A DNA stretch of 61,761 nt, counting the filler. It is 6 parts of 6 records of this genome, joined end to end, with 100 filler letters (N's around TTAATTAATTAA, not from the genome) between each part and the next. Parts side by side here need not be neighbours in the genome. Positions count along the whole stretch, not along the records: positions 57,654 to 61,761 come from SRR20825010_217; 5 more parts are not named here. One strand, written 5' to 3'. The position numbers and the translations under genes are program-made. Positions 59,241 to 61,761 of this stretch are shown here, piece after piece; the stretch's first letter is position 1; the number at the start of each line of letters is the position of its first letter. The notes beneath the pieces are model-generated. The model ran no database searches. It saw only the letters and a program-made list of their open reading frames with translations, and had not been told where the DNA came from.

Positions 59241-59833
59241 TCAACCGCGTGGCGCAGAACCACACGTCAAACGCGTGGCCATGCCTGCTGTCGCCCGCAC
59301 TTTATCCGCCGAGGTGCCCGATCGGGCGCTGATCGCCAGCCCGCGCACCGTGGCGGCCAGAACACCGGCCCGCGCGCGAATATCCTCTTCCGGCAGGTCG
59401 CCGTCCAAGACCCGAAGGCAGTGCGCCAATCGCTGATCCAGTTTATGCGTTTTGCTCGCCAGCATCTCTTGGAACCGGTGATCAACAGTTGCGGCTTCGG
59501 ACAGGACGCGAGGCAATCAGACACCAAGGTAATCGCGGCCTCGAAAAAGCCGGCAATCTCGGCAAAGGCATCACCCTGCCCGGTCAGATGCGCCAACGCC
59601 TTGGCACTTCGAGATCGGGCGAAGTGGTCAATCGCCAAAAGGAACAGCCCGTTCTTATCGCCGAAATGCGCGTAGAGATTGGCGCGCGGAACGAACATTT
59701 CCCGACGTAATACGCCCATGGTCGCGCGGGCACAGCCTCGTGACCAAAAGCACCGCATCGCGGTCTCCAATGCGGCGACATTGTCAAAGCTGCGCGGACG
59801 ACCGGGACCGCGTTCCATGTGTGCAGGTGTCAT
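59241..59833 (-). pseudogene. TetR/AcrR-family regulator disrupted by frameshifts
   Basis: GRPRSFD...FWSRG...LYAHFGDKNGLF in one frame, CLIAS in a second, VLSEAA...RGLAISARSG in a third; breakpoints about 59500-59530. Confidence 0.75.
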
Positions 59834-59921
59834 GTGTCTTTTGTAACCGCCACATGTGCTTACCAAAATTTGGAATGTGCGTGAGGTCAGCGCACAGTTA
59901 CTGGGCTTCGCGCTGACGGCA

Positions 59922-60887
59922 TCACGTCTGGTCGGTGTCTAGCGGATGAAAGCAGGCCGCTTGCACAGCGCCCTGGCCTTCCAGCATTGGAACCTCCGTT
60001 CGGCACCGGTCGCTGGCACGCGGGCAACGGGCAGCAAAGGCACAGCCCTTGGGCGGGTTCAACGGATCGGGCAATTCGGTCTCCCGCCCTTCGGGTGCCG
60101 TCAGAGGACGGCCCACCACCGGCGCACTGTCGGCCAGCAATTTCGTATAAGGATGTCGCGGCGCGCGAAAGATGTCCTCCGCCGGGCCAAGTTCCACAAC
60201 GGACCCAAAGTACAGCACCGCGATCCGGTCGCTGACCGCCTCGACCACGGCCAGATCATGACTAATGAACAGATAGGTCAGGCCAAATTCGCGCTTCAGA
60301 TCGGCCAGCAGGTTCAACACCTGTGCTTGCACCGATACATCCAGTGCCGAAACGGGTTCATCGAGGATCAAGATGCTGGCCTGCGCCGCCAGCGCGCGGG
60401 CAATGCCGATCCGCTGTGCCTGCCCGCCCGAAAACTCATGCGGATAGCGGTCAAGGAACTCTTCGCGCAGGTTCACGCTGGCGAAAATCTCGGCGATGCG
60501 TCGCGCCCGCTGCGCCTTGTCCATGCCATGCAGATGGATCAACGGCGCTTCGATGATCTGGCGGATCGTCTTGCGCGGGTTCAGCGAGGAAATCGGGTCC
60601 TGAAACACATATTGGATGCGTTTGCCGAACAGCGCCGGATCGGCATTGTCCAACGCGGCGCCGTCAATCTCGATCGTGCCGGTTGTCGGCTCCAGTAGCC
60701 CCACCAGCATCCGCGCCAGCGTGGACTTGCCACAGCCCGACTCTCCCACGATGCCAAGCGTCTCGCCCTGCGCTACGGTCAGCGTGATCGGATGCACCGC
60801 CTTGACCGAGGCCTTGGGCGCACCGAAAAGCCCGCGCCCCACGGGAAAGCTCTTGGACAGGTCGGTCAGTGTCAGCGCATCCGTCAT
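59922..60887 (-). CDS. Oligopeptide/dipeptide ABC transporter ATPase (OppF/DppF-like)
   Basis: GESGCGKST, FQDP, FSGGQAQR, LDEP, HPYT, C-terminal GCAFAARCP...ACF. Confidence 0.95.
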   Translation of the reverse strand: MTDALTLTDLSKSFPVGRGLFGAPKASVKAVHPITLTVAQGETLGIVGESGCGKSTLARMLVGLLEPTTGTIEIDGAALDNADPALFGKRIQYVFQDPISSLNPRKTIRQIIEAPLIHLHGMDKAQRARRIAEIFASVNLREEFLDRYPHEFSGGQAQRIGIARALAAQASILILDEPVSALDVSVQAQVLNLLADLKREFGLTYLFISHDLAVVEAVSDRIAVLYFGSVVELGPAEDIFRAPRHPYTKLLADSAPVVGRPLTAPEGRETELPDPLNPPKGCAFAARCPRASDRCRTEVPMLEGQGAVQAACFHPLDTDQT

Positions 60888-61761
60888 TCGGCGGCCTCCG
60901 TCAGCGGGGTCACGGGATGCAGGCAGCGCACGGCACGCGACCCATGGCGTTCCAACACAATTTCGCCCGTGCAACAGTCGGCCTGCACCCGGTCACAGCG
61001 ATCGGCAAAGGCACAGCCCTCGGGCAGTTTGTCGACCACCGGCGGCAAGCCCGGGATCGCCTCCAGCCGCCGTCTCCCGCCGCCCAGTTCCGGGACGCAG
61101 GCCATGAGCCGCGCAGTATAGGGGTGGGTCGGGGTTTCCAGCACCGATTGCGTCGGCCCCTCTTCGACGATCCGCCCGGCATACATGACCGCGACTCGAT
61201 CACAAAGCTGCCCGACCACGCCAAAATCATGGGTGATAAAGATGATGGCCAGCCCGCGTGAGCGGCGCAGATCGTCCAGCAGCGACAGGATCTGCGCCTG
61301 AACAGTCACGTCCAACGCGGTCGTCGGCTCATCCGCGATGATGATATCGGGATCATTGGCCAGTGCCATGGCGATGCCGACACGCTGGCGCATGCCGCCG
61401 GACATTTCGTGCGGGAAATCCGTTAGCCGCTGTTCGGCGTTCGGAATGCGCACCGCCTTCAGCAACTCGACAGCGCGCGCCTGCCCTTCGCCCCGCCCGA
61501 TGCCATTATGCGCCCGGATCGCCTCTATCAACTGGTCGCCGACACGGTACAGCGGATGCAACGTGGCCTGCGGGTCCTGAAAGATATAGGCGACGTTGCG
61601 CCCGCGCATGTCGCGCAATTGACGATAGGGCGCGCCGATCAGATCCTCACCGTCGTAGCGCACCGCCCCGCCGGTGATCACACCGGGGGGAGAGGCCACC
61701 AGCCCCATGACTGACAGCGCCGTGACCGACTTGCCTGATCCGCTTTCGCCAATGATGCCAA
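60884..61761 (-). CDS. Oligopeptide/dipeptide ABC transporter ATPase (OppD/DppD-like), 5'-truncated by window end
   Basis: [11 protein letters not shown] at the window edge, [32 protein letters not shown]. Confidence 0.94.
   Translation of the reverse strand, partial: GIIGESGSGKSVTALSVMGLVASPPGVITGGAVRYDGEDLIGAPYRQLRDMRGRNVAYIFQDPQATLHPLYRVGDQLIEAIRAHNGIGRGEGQARAVELLKAVRIPNAEQRLTDFPHEMSGGMRQRVGIAMALANDPDIIIADEPTTALDVTVQAQILSLLDDLRRSRGLAIIFITHDFGVVGQLCDRVAVMYAGRIVEEGPTQSVLETPTHPYTARLMACVPELGGGRRRLEAIPGLPPVVDKLPEGCAFADRCDRVQADCCTGEIVLERHGSRAVRCLHPVTPLTEAAE

Noticed and set aside
1-61761. CRISPR array, cas genes, integrase, transposase, reverse transcriptase, rRNA
   Set aside because: None recognised. 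The only 36-bp repeat has two copies 4.7 kb apart and is terminator-shaped.

Overview
This window is not one locus. It is six contigs joined by artificial 100-nt spacers (N-run + TTAATTAATTAA + N-run) at 21813-21912, 33460-33559, 36960-37059, 50223-50322 and 57554-57653. Taxonomic labels below are inferred from gene content and composition. Contig 1 (1-21812) is a high-GC gammaproteobacterial, Alcanivorax-like accessory region ending in tRNA-Arg(CCG). It carries a GNAT, a lipase-like hydrolase, a NarL-type regulator/7TM histidine kinase/ELWxxDGT lipoprotein module, a secreted YHYH-HNH nuclease, an unknown two-gene operon, a Fur-box PepSY operon, fadL, ycaC/pirin/LysR and an AraC/flavin monooxygenase/hydrolase/desaturase/AraC block. 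Contigs 2 and 4 are alphaproteobacterial (Parvibaculum-like) housekeeping regions: ffs-dnaX-ybaB-recR, pirin, rmuC, def-fmt-truA, murI-dapE-dapD, and tRNA-Pro, ihfA, fabH, plsX, bamE, hppA, thiL, nusB, rib genes, nrdR, glyA. Contigs 3 and 6 are Rhodobacteraceae-like (ispG, DsbA pair, M48 protease; peptide ABC transporter with a broken TetR gene). Contig 5 is AT-rich and Flavobacteriaceae-like (CDF, ElaA, S41, DUF4349, rnpA, M1 and S8 peptidases). The best candidates for something undescribed are all in contig 1: (i) a translationally coupled operon pairing an orphan AbiEi-like protein with an unknown internally duplicated helical protein instead of an AbiEii toxin; (ii) two membrane micro-ORFs (37 and 41 aa) that both end in AVLVAG-stop using different codons; (iii) a 4.7-kb sensor/regulator/surface-protein module bracketed by a 36-bp duplicated terminator, with a shared candidate operator. 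No database searches could be run, so family calls rest on motif recognition.
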